Assembly (NCBI GenBank): GCA_029974275.1
Contig: JARKSN010000117.1
Coordinates: 1-32,264, forward strand
DNA: 32,264 bases
DNA from: Candidatus Hydrogenedentota bacterium
GTDB taxonomy: Bacteria; Hydrogenedentota; Hydrogenedentia; Hydrogenedentales; SLHB01
Reading direction: 5' to 3'
The translations under genes were made by a program, and so were the position numbers. Positions 1 through 8,007 of this stretch are shown here, one piece after another. The notes under the pieces are model-generated. The model did no database searches. It was not told the origin of the DNA and worked only from the letters and a program-made list of their open reading frames with translations. Within the stretch, counting starts at the first letter, position 1; the number at the start of each line of letters is the position of its first letter.

Positions 1-86
1 ATCTATGCTACAGTCCCCGTCTGTATTTTGTGGAATGTCAGTGGAATGAGTAGCCACGAACTGAATTGGGTTGTTGGGAGATAGCC

Positions 87-344
87 ATGGCGCGAGTTTG
101 TGAATAGAGGGGAAAATGGGCGCGAGTCGGACGCAAGGTCGTCCGTCGCGGTAAAGCGAAGAGCGTAGGCGGTTTCGGCCAGAAGGTCACCGGGCTGTCA
201 AAGCGCCGCTGGAAGCCGAACCTCCAGAAAATCCGGATTGTGGACGAAAACGGAACAGTCCGCCGCGTCCGCGTATGCGCACGCTATATCAAGGCCGGCA
301 AATTCACCAAAGCCCCTCGCGCCGCCGCCAAAACCGTCGCATAA
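87..344 (+). CDS. rpmB: 50S ribosomal protein L28; codon 7 reads TAG (105-107), likely a sequence error at the window edge
   Basis: Not in the ORF track. Hand translation gives MARVCE*RGKWARVGRKVVRRGKAKSVGGFGQKVTGLSKRRWKPNLQKIRIVDENGTVRRVRVCARYIKAGKFTKAPRAAAKTVA*. It has the L28 motifs MARVC, KRRWKPNLQ and RVRVCAR, an SD GGGAG at 76-80 and a following terminator. Confidence 0.9.
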
Positions 345-356
345 GATAGGACTTCC

Positions 357-394
357 ACGCCGGATCGCTGGATCAGCGGTCCGGCGTTTTTTTT
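357..394 (+). terminator. Intrinsic terminator after rpmB
   Basis: ACGCCGGATCGCTG-GAT-CAGCGGTCCGGCGT stem (one G.U pair) followed by a T run to 394. Confidence 0.85.
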
Positions 395-487
395 GCTCTC
401 TTGAACCCTGGCGTCGCACCGGCTACATTCTTCACGACGGACCGCGGGGTTCGTTTCGCGAGGAAGAACCAGGGAGCGCGTCGCCGC

Positions 488-1357
488 ATGGCGTTACAAG
501 ACCTCTGCAAGCAATACGGCATCCACTTCAAGAAGCAGTTGGGGCAGAACCTGCTGCTGGACGACAACATTAATCGCATTATGGTCGACGCCGCGGAATT
601 GACGCGCGAGGACGATGTGGTCGAGGTAGGCGCCGGGTTGGGCGCGTTGACGCAACGGCTGCATCCGCTTGCGGGGCGCGTGCTGTCGGTCGAGATCGAC
701 ATGGCGTTCATGCCGTGCCTGGAAGACCAGTTCGGCGCGATCGAAAACCTTCGCTTGTTTCGCGGCGATATCTTGAACCACAGCCTGGCCAAGCTGCTTG
801 ACGAGTATCTGCCCGGCGGCACGCGGTACAAGATGGTTTCGAATGTTCCCTACTACATCACGACGCCCATCCTGTTTCACTTCTGGGAATCGATCGTGCC
901 GTTTGAGCGTCTCGTGATCATGGTGCAGGACGAAGTCGGCAAACGTCTTCAAGCGGCGGTGAACGCGCCCGATTACGGCGCGCTTGCGCTGGCCGCGCGA
1001 TTGTATAGCGATGTCGATATCGTGCATTTTGTGCCGCGCACCTGTTTCCGGCCCATGCCGCAGGTGGACAGTTGCATCGTTCGCTTGCGCCGGCGCACGG
1101 AGCCCATTGCGGCAGAGGTCGCGCCACGTTTCGTGATGCGGGTCGTCCGGGCCGCGTTTGGCCAACGCCGCAAGACGTTGCGCAATTCGTTGACGCGGTC
1201 GGGGGCGTTTGGCGCGCCGCAGGAGGCGGTTCTGGACGCCATGGCGGCCGAGGGCATCGATCCGCAACGCCGGCCGCAGACGCTCGGGCTGGAAGAGTTC
1301 GTGCGGCTGGCTGCGGCCATCAAAGCTCGAATCGGCGTCGAAACCGGAACGGAATGA
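488..1357 (+). CDS. rsmA: 16S rRNA m6,2A dimethyltransferase RsmA/KsgA
   Basis: KKQLGQNLL, SAM motif VEVGAGLG, NVPYYIT and AFGQRRKTLRNSL. Start moved to ATG 488, with SD AGGGAG at 471-476. Confidence 0.95.
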   Translation: MALQDLCKQYGIHFKKQLGQNLLLDDNINRIMVDAAELTREDDVVEVGAGLGALTQRLHPLAGRVLSVEIDMAFMPCLEDQFGAIENLRLFRGDILNHSLAKLLDEYLPGGTRYKMVSNVPYYITTPILFHFWESIVPFERLVIMVQDEVGKRLQAAVNAPDYGALALAARLYSDVDIVHFVPRTCFRPMPQVDSCIVRLRRRTEPIAAEVAPRFVMRVVRAAFGQRRKTLRNSLTRSGAFGAPQEAVLDAMAAEGIDPQRRPQTLGLEEFVRLAAAIKARIGVETGTE

Positions 1358-1367
1358 GGGCCATCCC

Positions 1368-2477
1368 ATGACCAAGCGCAACCATGCCAATGGGTCATCG
1401 AATCATGTGGGGGCGTATTACCAACAGATCATCGACGGCTTGTCGAGCGGCGTCATCGCGCTTGATCGGAACGGAATGGTGTTGTGCGCCAACCCTTCGG
1501 CCTGCACCCACCTTCACACGACCCAGGAAAGTCTGCGGCCCGGCGCCCGTTTCGAAGACCTGCCGTTGGCCGGCCCCCTGGTCGACATCGTTCGCGAAAT
1601 CGCCGACACCCATGAACCGGTCTCGCGGCGCGAACTTGTGCTTACGTTGGAGAGCGGCGAAAAAAAAGATATCGGGCTGTCGGCGTCGCTCCTGAAAGGC
1701 CCCGAAGCCTTCAACGGCGTCGTATTCCTCTTCACCGACATGACCGAACGGCGCGCCCTGGAGCGTGCGGCGGAGCTCAACCGGCAATTGGCCTCGCTGG
1801 GCGAACTGACGGCGGGCGTCGTGCATGAACTGCGCAATCCGCTCAGCGTGATCAGCGGCATGGCCGAGCTTCTCATGCGCAAACTGCGGGACGATCCCGA
1901 GATGCTTCGCAATGCGGAAATGATTTTGGAAGAAGTCGGCGAACTCGAGCGGTCCATCGGGCTTTTTTTGGGGTTTGCGCGGCCCTTCTTTGATCTGCAG
2001 CCCGCCATGTGCAGTCCGGGGGACATTGCCCAGCGCGCCGCCAAGCTGTGCCGCAAGCGCGCGTTGGACAAGAAAGCCGTGTTGCGGGTTAGCGTCGATC
2101 CCGATCCGCCGATGATGCACGCCGACGTCGCGCGCGCCGCCCAAGCCTTGGTGAACATCCTGAATAACGCCATCGATGCCGTCGAGGCGGACTCGGGCCG
2201 CGTGGACCTGCGCGTTTACAGCGACCGCGCCTTTGTCGTGTTCGAGGTGATCGACAACGGACCGGGGTTGCACCTTGCTCCGGGAGAAGACCTTTTCGCG
2301 CCGTTTTTCACCCTGAAAGAGGGCGGCACGGGGTTGGGCCTTTCCATTGTGCACCGGATCGTGACGGCGCACGGCGGAGAAATCTCCTACGCGAACCGTC
2401 CCGAAGGAGGGCTCCAGTTTTCCATGCGTCTTCCCATCAAGCCCGGCGCTCGCAGAAGCGCTCTTCCCTCGAAATAA
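1368..2477 (+). CDS. Cytoplasmic PAS-domain sensor histidine kinase (NtrB/AtoS-like)
   Basis: N-terminal PAS (SGVIALD...ANP), H-box HELRNPL, N-box NILNNAIDA, DNGPG, FFTLK and GGTGLGLSIV. ATG 1368 follows GAGGG. Confidence 0.9.
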   Translation: MTKRNHANGSSNHVGAYYQQIIDGLSSGVIALDRNGMVLCANPSACTHLHTTQESLRPGARFEDLPLAGPLVDIVREIADTHEPVSRRELVLTLESGEKKDIGLSASLLKGPEAFNGVVFLFTDMTERRALERAAELNRQLASLGELTAGVVHELRNPLSVISGMAELLMRKLRDDPEMLRNAEMILEEVGELERSIGLFLGFARPFFDLQPAMCSPGDIAQRAAKLCRKRALDKKAVLRVSVDPDPPMMHADVARAAQALVNILNNAIDAVEADSGRVDLRVYSDRAFVVFEVIDNGPGLHLAPGEDLFAPFFTLKEGGTGLGLSIVHRIVTAHGGEISYANRPEGGLQFSMRLPIKPGARRSALPSK

Positions 2478-2597
2478 GCCTTCCTGGCCGGCTCCGATTT
2501 TTGTTGGCTGGATTCCCCCCCGAACAATGATCTACAGTGTGATACAGCCGATGGTGCACCCGGCGCCGCGTCTGTGTCGGCGCGATAAGGAGTTGCC

Positions 2598-3545
2598 ATG
2601 AGACGCAAAAACGTGACGCGTCGCGATTTCCTGAAGACATCAGGCTTGGCAGGCGTGGGCGCCGCCGTTTGGGCGGCGACTTCCGCTGCGGAGGAGCCGG
2701 TCGCACGAACGTTCGATATTTCCCTCGCCATGTGGTCCCTCCACAGGACCGTCGGCGGCAAACCGGGTCAACTCGCGATCCTGGACGTGCCCGGCTACGT
2801 GCGCCAGGAGTTTGGGATCGCCGCCCTGGAACTCGTCAGCGGCATGATGCCGATTCAAACCGGCGCATTCCGGGAAAGAAAAGCCTTTCTGGACGCGTTT
2901 GCTCGCGCTGCTTCGGATCACGACGTGAAGTTGCTGCTCATCATGGTGGACGGACAAGGCCATATCGGCGCCGCCGCCGAGGAGGAGCGTCGCGACGCCG
3001 TCGAACGGCACCGCAGGATGATCGATTTCGCCCACTATCTCGGCTGTCATTCGATTCGCATGAACTGGACGGGCTATTCCGACAACGCGCTGAGCGATCC
3101 GATCGCGATGAAAGAATTCGTCGATCGTTCCGTAAAGCCGTTGCGCGCATTGTGCGATCACGGCGAGAAGCGGAAGATCAACGTGCTTATCGAAAATCAC
3201 GGAGGACCGTCGTCCCGCCCCGAGGCGCTTATCCAACTCATCGCCGCCGTGAACCATGACCGTCTCGGCACGCTGCCTGACTTTGGCAATTTCCCCGATG
3301 ACGTGGACCGCTATCTCGGGGTGGACCTCATGATGAGCTACGCCAAGGCGGTCAGCGCGAAGTGCTACGACTTCGACCCGCAGTCAGGCCGGGAAACGAC
3401 GTTGGATTTCGACCGGCTGCTTCGCATCGTCGTCGGCAAACATGGTTACCGTGGCCATATCGGCATCGAATTCGAGGGCGGCCGCCTGAGCGAACCCGAC
3501 GGCGTGAAGGCCTGCAAGGCCCTGCTCGAAACGTTGAGGGGATGA
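2598..3545 (+). CDS. Tat-exported sugar-phosphate isomerase/epimerase (xylose isomerase-like TIM barrel)
   Basis: Twin-arginine signal TRRDFLK; motifs IENHG, LPDFGNF and GIEFEG; SD AAGGAG. Confidence 0.85.
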   Translation: MRRKNVTRRDFLKTSGLAGVGAAVWAATSAAEEPVARTFDISLAMWSLHRTVGGKPGQLAILDVPGYVRQEFGIAALELVSGMMPIQTGAFRERKAFLDAFARAASDHDVKLLLIMVDGQGHIGAAAEEERRDAVERHRRMIDFAHYLGCHSIRMNWTGYSDNALSDPIAMKEFVDRSVKPLRALCDHGEKRKINVLIENHGGPSSRPEALIQLIAAVNHDRLGTLPDFGNFPDDVDRYLGVDLMMSYAKAVSAKCYDFDPQSGRETTLDFDRLLRIVVGKHGYRGHIGIEFEGGRLSEPDGVKACKALLETLRG

Positions 3546-3548
3546 CCC

Positions 3549-4751
3549 GTGCACCGCATTAAAATAGCCTTGGCGGGAACCGGCGGCTTCGGCTCCGTGC
3601 ATGCGGGAGCCGCCCTGCGCCTTGTCAACGAAGGCCTGGTTCGCATCGTGGCTTTCGCCGAACCCGACGATTCCTGCGCGGCGGCATCGCCGCTCAACGG
3701 GATCGGCGTTCCTCGCTATCGCGATTACCGCGAAATGCTCGACTCCGAGAACGACCTCCAACTCGTGAGCATCGCCGCGCCCGCCCCTTGCCAGTATTCC
3801 ATGGCAAAAGCCGCCCTCGAACGTGGCCTCCACGTTTTTCTCGAGAAACCGCCCGCCATCACGATTCAACACTTTCGCGAATTGGCCGCCTTGCAACAAC
3901 GAACCGGCGGCATCTGCGCCATCAACTTTCACGACGTCGCCGCCCCCCTGTTCGTCGCCCTGAAACGGCGTCTGTGCGAAGGCGTCGTTGGCCCCGTGCG
4001 CGCCATCCGCGCCGTCTCCCTTTGTCGGCGCGCCGACGCGCACTACGCCCGCAACGCCTGGGCCGGCCTCGTGCGCTGTGGCGACGAATGGACGTTTGAC
4101 GGTCCTCTCGCCACGACGGGCGCGCACCTGCTCAACACGGCCCTGTTTCTGGCCGACAGCGAGCCACACGATTTCGCGCGCCCTGTGTCGGTGCAGGCCG
4201 AGCTATACCGCGCCAAGCCGATCGCCTGCGAAGACACGAGCTGCTTGCGCGCCACGCTGGACACCGGCGCCGAACTCTGCGTGCACCTGACGCATTGCGC
4301 GCCGCAAGACCGCCCGCGCGCCTGGACCATCGTCGGCGACGACGGCGTCATCGCCGTGGACGATGTCCAAGGGGCCCGGTTGCCCAACGGCGACGTCATC
4401 CCGCCCGAGGAATTCTGTCCGCCGACGGCCACCCTGATGCGCCGCTTGGTCGAGGTCATTCTGGAAAGCGACGAACCCCTCCTCATGCCGCTCGCGGAAG
4501 CCGAAGGCTACGTGCTGCTCGTCAACGGCGCCTACGAATCCGCGCGCCGGATCGTTTCAATTCCCCGCGACGCCATCGTGCCCAACGGCGACGCCACCCT
4601 CATCGCCGGCATCGGCGACGTCATGGATCGCGGCATGCGGGAAGGCAAACTGTTTTCCGAGACCGGCGCCCCATGGGCCGTTTCAACCGCCCCATGGGAA
4701 CTGCGCGAATACGCGTCTTTCCCATCGCGCTGGATCGGCGATTTGGAATAG
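3549..4751 (+). CDS. Gfo/Idh/MocA family oxidoreductase
   Basis: Rossmann motif AGTGGFG and HVFLEKP; GTG start 3 nt after the upstream stop. Confidence 0.85.
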   Translation: MHRIKIALAGTGGFGSVHAGAALRLVNEGLVRIVAFAEPDDSCAAASPLNGIGVPRYRDYREMLDSENDLQLVSIAAPAPCQYSMAKAALERGLHVFLEKPPAITIQHFRELAALQQRTGGICAINFHDVAAPLFVALKRRLCEGVVGPVRAIRAVSLCRRADAHYARNAWAGLVRCGDEWTFDGPLATTGAHLLNTALFLADSEPHDFARPVSVQAELYRAKPIACEDTSCLRATLDTGAELCVHLTHCAPQDRPRAWTIVGDDGVIAVDDVQGARLPNGDVIPPEEFCPPTATLMRRLVEVILESDEPLLMPLAEAEGYVLLVNGAYESARRIVSIPRDAIVPNGDATLIAGIGDVMDRGMREGKLFSETGAPWAVSTAPWELREYASFPSRWIGDLE

Positions 4752-4900
4752 GTTGACGCGTTTTTTCTCTTCCATCCAGCAAATTCCGCCGAAAACGCTT
4801 CTTGCGTCAGCGGCGGTCTGTGGTTGATGGACTCCCTTCCCCCCCCAAAAAAAAGTATGCGCTAGGGCTTGTTGTCTTCAGATGGAACGGGACCGAACCC

Positions 4901-5317
4901 CTATGCCAGGCAATGGCCGGCGGAGCTCATGGAGAGGGCGGCATGGAGCACGCCTTTTTGTTGGCGGATGAGGTCGGCCAGGCGGCGGATTTCTTTTGCG
5001 GCGCCCCGGACCAGGATTACTTCGACGCAGCGGTGGTGGTCGAGGTGAACGTGGGTCGTGACAAGAATGGATCCGTGGCAATCGTGCTGCAGGGAGACGA
5101 GTTTCTCGGTGAGCAGCCGGACATGATGGTCATAGACGATGGTGAGGGAACCCAATGCCTCTTCGTTGCGTTCCCATTCCTGCTCGACGAGGCGATCGCG
5201 CACCATGTCACGGATGAATTCCGAGCGGTTGGCGTAGTTTCCTTCGGCCACCAATTTCTCGAGCCGTTCGAGCAGGGGTTTTTCAATGGAAAAACTCAAC
5301 CGTTCCACGTGCGGCAT
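4901..5317 (-). CDS. nikR: Nickel-responsive transcriptional regulator NikR
   Basis: RHH domain (RLSFSI...YANRSEFIRD), VYDHH and Ni-ligand motif HVHLDHHRCVE; SD AAGGAG. Confidence 0.93.
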   Translation of the reverse strand: MPHVERLSFSIEKPLLERLEKLVAEGNYANRSEFIRDMVRDRLVEQEWERNEEALGSLTIVYDHHVRLLTEKLVSLQHDCHGSILVTTHVHLDHHRCVEVILVRGAAKEIRRLADLIRQQKGVLHAALSMSSAGHCLA

Positions 5318-5343
5318 GGCATGGCTCCTTGCTTGACGCCATG

Positions 5344-5387
5344 ACTATACACGGACCGCCCCGTGTTGTCACGCGGGGCGGTCCGTG
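5344..5387 (-). promoter_or_regulatory. 17-bp hairpin (probable hsp20 terminator) containing a candidate sigma70 promoter for nikR
   Basis: Arms 5350-5366 and 5371-5387 differ at one position. On the minus strand, GTGACA (5372-5367), 17 nt, TATAGT (5349-5344). Confidence 0.55.
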
Positions 5388-5425
5388 ATCCGTATGTGCG
5401 GCCGCCAGGGGCGCGGCGTCTGAAA

Positions 5426-5779
5426 TCAAACAATCGGAATCTGCTTGGGCTTCATGTGCTCCGCCTTGGGAATGGTCAAGGTCAACACGCCGTCGCGCAT
5501 CTCGGCCTTGATCTTGGAGGAGTCGACGGCGCGGCTCAAGGCAAACACCCGCCGATATTGTTGCAGACGGCGCTCGCGGACCAGAATGCGGCCCGGCTGG
5601 GCGTCCGATCGACGCCGACCCGTCAACGTCAGTTCATCTCCCTCCACTTGGATTTCCACTCCGGTTTTAGCGACGCCCGGAAGCTCCGCCTCGATCCGGA
5701 CAGCGTCTTGCTGTTCGATGATGTCGATCCGCGGCGTCATAAAGACCTCGCCCGCTTTCTGTTTCGTTTCGGTTGTCAT
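5426..5779 (-). CDS. Hsp20/alpha-crystallin small heat shock protein
   Basis: PRIDI..E, AELPGV, LTLTG and AEMRDGVLTLTIPK; SD AAGGAG. Confidence 0.93.
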   Translation of the reverse strand: MTTETKQKAGEVFMTPRIDIIEQQDAVRIEAELPGVAKTGVEIQVEGDELTLTGRRRSDAQPGRILVRERRLQQYRRVFALSRAVDSSKIKAEMRDGVLTLTIPKAEHMKPKQIPIV

Positions 5780-5815
5780 GACGGTTCTCCTTTTGGTTGA
5801 AGCCGGGCCTTGGTC

Positions 5816-6259
5816 TTAGAGGACCTTCACGTCGATCTGTTTGGGCTTGCTTTCCTCGCGTTTGGGCAGCGTAACCCGCAGGACGCCATCCGTGTATTCC
5901 GCCGACACCTTGTCGGTTTCAAAGCCGCCTGGAATCTCGAAGGAGCGCTGGAACGCGCCATACCGGCGCTCGGTGCGTTGCACGCCCTCGTCGTCGACCT
6001 TCTTCTCGTGTTTGCGCTCGCCTTTGATCGTCACCACGTTGTCGACGCACGACAGTTCGATGTCTTGTTTCGAGATGCCCGGCAAGTCCGCCTCCAGGAC
6101 ATAGGCTTCATCCGTCTCGCTGATGTCCACCAGCGGATCCATCGTCCAATTCGAGCTCAGCCCAAAATCGCCGAACACGCGGTTGAATTGGGACTCCAGG
6201 TCGCGCAAGGCGCTCCATGGGCTCAGGTCGCCCCGCTCTCTCCAACGTACCAGACCCAT
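5816..6259 (-). CDS. Hsp20/alpha-crystallin small heat shock protein
   Basis: PLVDISE, ADLPG, ERRYGAFQRSF and AEYTDGVLRVTLPK. Start moved to ATG 6259 after SD AAGGAGG. Confidence 0.95.
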   Translation of the reverse strand: MGLVRWRERGDLSPWSALRDLESQFNRVFGDFGLSSNWTMDPLVDISETDEAYVLEADLPGISKQDIELSCVDNVVTIKGERKHEKKVDDEGVQRTERRYGAFQRSFEIPGGFETDKVSAEYTDGVLRVTLPKREESKPKQIDVKVL

Positions 6260-6368
6260 AACGATCCCTCCTTTCTTATCCGTCCCGCCTCGACGCCGAG
6301 GCTGTTGGTTGCCTTCTCGATCCACGAGGCATCTTGTCTTGCGTCTTGCCGTGGACCGCCTATACAAC

Positions 6369-6384
6369 AGCAAAGGCGATGCCA
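6369..6384 (-). promoter_or_regulatory. sigma54 -24/-12 promoter for the hsp20 pair
   Basis: Minus strand TGGCATCGCCTTTGCT has exact GG-N10-GC spacing (consensus TGGCAC-N5-TTGCW) and lies about 110 nt upstream of the ATG. Confidence 0.75.
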
Positions 6385-6414
6385 ATGCCGCCCATTTCTC
6401 GGAAAGTATTTTGT

Positions 6415-6427
6415 TTTCAATAGGTTA
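6415..6427. promoter_or_regulatory. Putative IHF binding site
   Basis: TTTCAATAGGTTA has one mismatch to WATCAANNNNTTR, an AT-rich flank, and lies about 30-43 bp upstream of the -24 box. Confidence 0.5.
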
Positions 6428-6548
6428 TGCCTTGGCTTTGGCGTAAGAAGGGGGGATCGGGGCGTACGGGATAATTTCGTTATCGAGCACGGGTCGTTTC
6501 ATTTTGAAGCGGACGGATTAGGCTGTGTGCGCGGCGCTTTTCGGGCGT

Positions 6549-6576
6549 TTGATTTTTAGGCGGCTTCTGATATAAT
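6549..6576 (+). promoter_or_regulatory. sigma70-type promoter with extended -10
   Basis: TTGATT, 16 nt, TATAAT, with TGn directly before the -10. Confidence 0.65.
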
Positions 6577-6634
6577 GCGCCGTCTCAAGAGGGTATTAGC
6601 GTAATAGTTTTGTGTATCTAAGGAGAGCGCGGAG

Positions 6635-7120
6635 ATGGCGGTAAAGTATCAGTGCCCCAAGTGCGGACGGAGGTTTACGGAGTGGGGAGCGGAGAAGACC
6701 GGTTTCAAGTGTCCCCATGACGAGTGGTGTCCGAAAGAAGCGACGGGGGAGATCGAGTTGATTCGCGTGGGATCGGCGGAAGACAAGAGCGCCAAGCGTT
6801 TGTCGCTCAAGCGTTTGGCGCGTCGTCCGGCGCCGGTTGCTCGCGTCGTCGAGGATGAGGAAGAAGTCGGCGTCGTCGAGGCGGATGAAGTCGAGGAAGA
6901 AGACGAATTCGAGGAAGAGGATGCGGTGCTGGTTCCGGCGGACGACGAAGAAGTGGCGGCTTTTGCGCGGAATCCTGCCGAGACGTTGTTGGAGGAAGCC
7001 GACGACGCTGACGAGTTGGACATCGGGGCTGAGGAATTGTCCTTTGATGAGCCGGCGCCGGGGTTGGGCGAGGAGCCGTTGGATGCCGGGGAGGACGTCG
7101 TCGAGGATTGGCGCGACTGA
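6635..7120 (+). CDS. Zn-ribbon protein with long acidic tail (FYDLN/TIGR02300-like architecture)
   Basis: CPKCGRRF...CPHDEWC followed by a D/E-rich tail; SD AGGAGA and an upstream promoter. Confidence 0.7.
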   Translation: MAVKYQCPKCGRRFTEWGAEKTGFKCPHDEWCPKEATGEIELIRVGSAEDKSAKRLSLKRLARRPAPVARVVEDEEEVGVVEADEVEEEDEFEEEDAVLVPADDEEVAAFARNPAETLLEEADDADELDIGAEELSFDEPAPGLGEEPLDAGEDVVEDWRD

Positions 7121-7151
7121 TTATCTGGGGGCCATGGATTGTCCCGGGGGT

Positions 7152-7203
7152 CTGATTCGGCTTCTTCGCAGAAGGATCGATTCCTGCGAAGAAGCCGAAT
7201 CGG
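7152..7203. terminator. Long hairpin between convergent genes (probable bidirectional terminator)
   Basis: Perfect 18-bp arms at 7154-7171 and 7184-7201 with a 12-nt loop. Confidence 0.7.
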
Positions 7204-7214
7204 TTTTCCGGGTA

Positions 7215-7934
7215 TTATGCTTCTTCGAAATATAGCTGTTCCAACGACGTCCAGACGTCCGGCGCCCCCATGTAGGGCAGGTTGCGGGTGCGCATGATGT
7301 TGTCCATGTTGCGGACGTCTTCCCGGGCGATTTCCTTGAGGCCGCCATTGGGTAGGGCGTGAAGGATGTGTTTGGCGGTCATCTCGAGCAGTTCGGTGTT
7401 CATCAAGGTCCATTGGATATCGAGACGGCTCATGATGACCAGTCCATGATTTTCCATCAGAAACGCGTTGTACTTTTTGAGGAAGGGCAGGAAATTGTCC
7501 GCGAGCCGCTGCGTCAACGGTTCGCCATAGGGCACGATCGGGACGGGCCCCACTTCGGTGATGGTTTCGGGGAAAAAGGGACGCATCAGCCAATTCGGGC
7601 CGGTCGTGATCGCGAACGCGTTGACGTAGGGCGGGTGGCAATGGATCACGGAACGGATGTCGGGCCGTTCGCGGAAGAAATTGATGTACATGGGCGTCTC
7701 GCCGGTCGGGCGGCGTTTGCCCGCAACCACCTCGCCGTTGAAGTTGAGAAACGTCACGTCTTCGCGCCGGATGTCTCCCTTGTTCATTTGGGTCGGCGTG
7801 ATGAGCAGGGTGTCGTCGTCCATTTTCCACGCCAGGTTGCCGCCGTGGCCTGTCACGTACATGTTCCGGCTCAACGTGTGGCACACGCCCACGAAAACCT
7901 CGATCTGCCCGGCGAATTTTTCGAATAAGTCCAT
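7215..7934 (-). CDS. Class II aldolase/adducin family protein (FucA/RhaD-like)
   Basis: GGNL, ITPT, PTGE, Zn ligands HCHP and ENHG. Confidence 0.9.
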   Translation of the reverse strand: MDLFEKFAGQIEVFVGVCHTLSRNMYVTGHGGNLAWKMDDDTLLITPTQMNKGDIRREDVTFLNFNGEVVAGKRRPTGETPMYINFFRERPDIRSVIHCHPPYVNAFAITTGPNWLMRPFFPETITEVGPVPIVPYGEPLTQRLADNFLPFLKKYNAFLMENHGLVIMSRLDIQWTLMNTELLEMTAKHILHALPNGGLKEIAREDVRNMDNIMRTRNLPYMGAPDVWTSLEQLYFEEA

Positions 7935-8007
7935 AGTGCGCTCCTTGCCTCAAGGGTTGGTTTCGGGAAAACGTGTTGGCCGGGGATTTTCCCCAGGAAC
8001 ATCGCGC

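Noticed and set aside
105..107. Genome-wide TAG reassignment
   Set aside because: At least five well-supported genes in the window end at TAG at their expected C-termini.
4835..4855. C/A homopolymer run loosely resembling 27161-27175
   Set aside because: It is low complexity, lacks the family X hairpin and lies in no promoter or CDS, so neither a repeat nor phase variation is supported.
6260..6360. ROSE-type RNA thermometer in the hsp20 leader
   Set aside because: Two hairpins are present, but neither visibly pairs with the SD and no ROSE motif opposes it.
6649..7953. 434-aa minus-strand ORF with a Ser-rich tail
   Set aside because: It is an alternate frame of the aldolase plus the antisense of the acidic protein, and it crosses a terminator hairpin.
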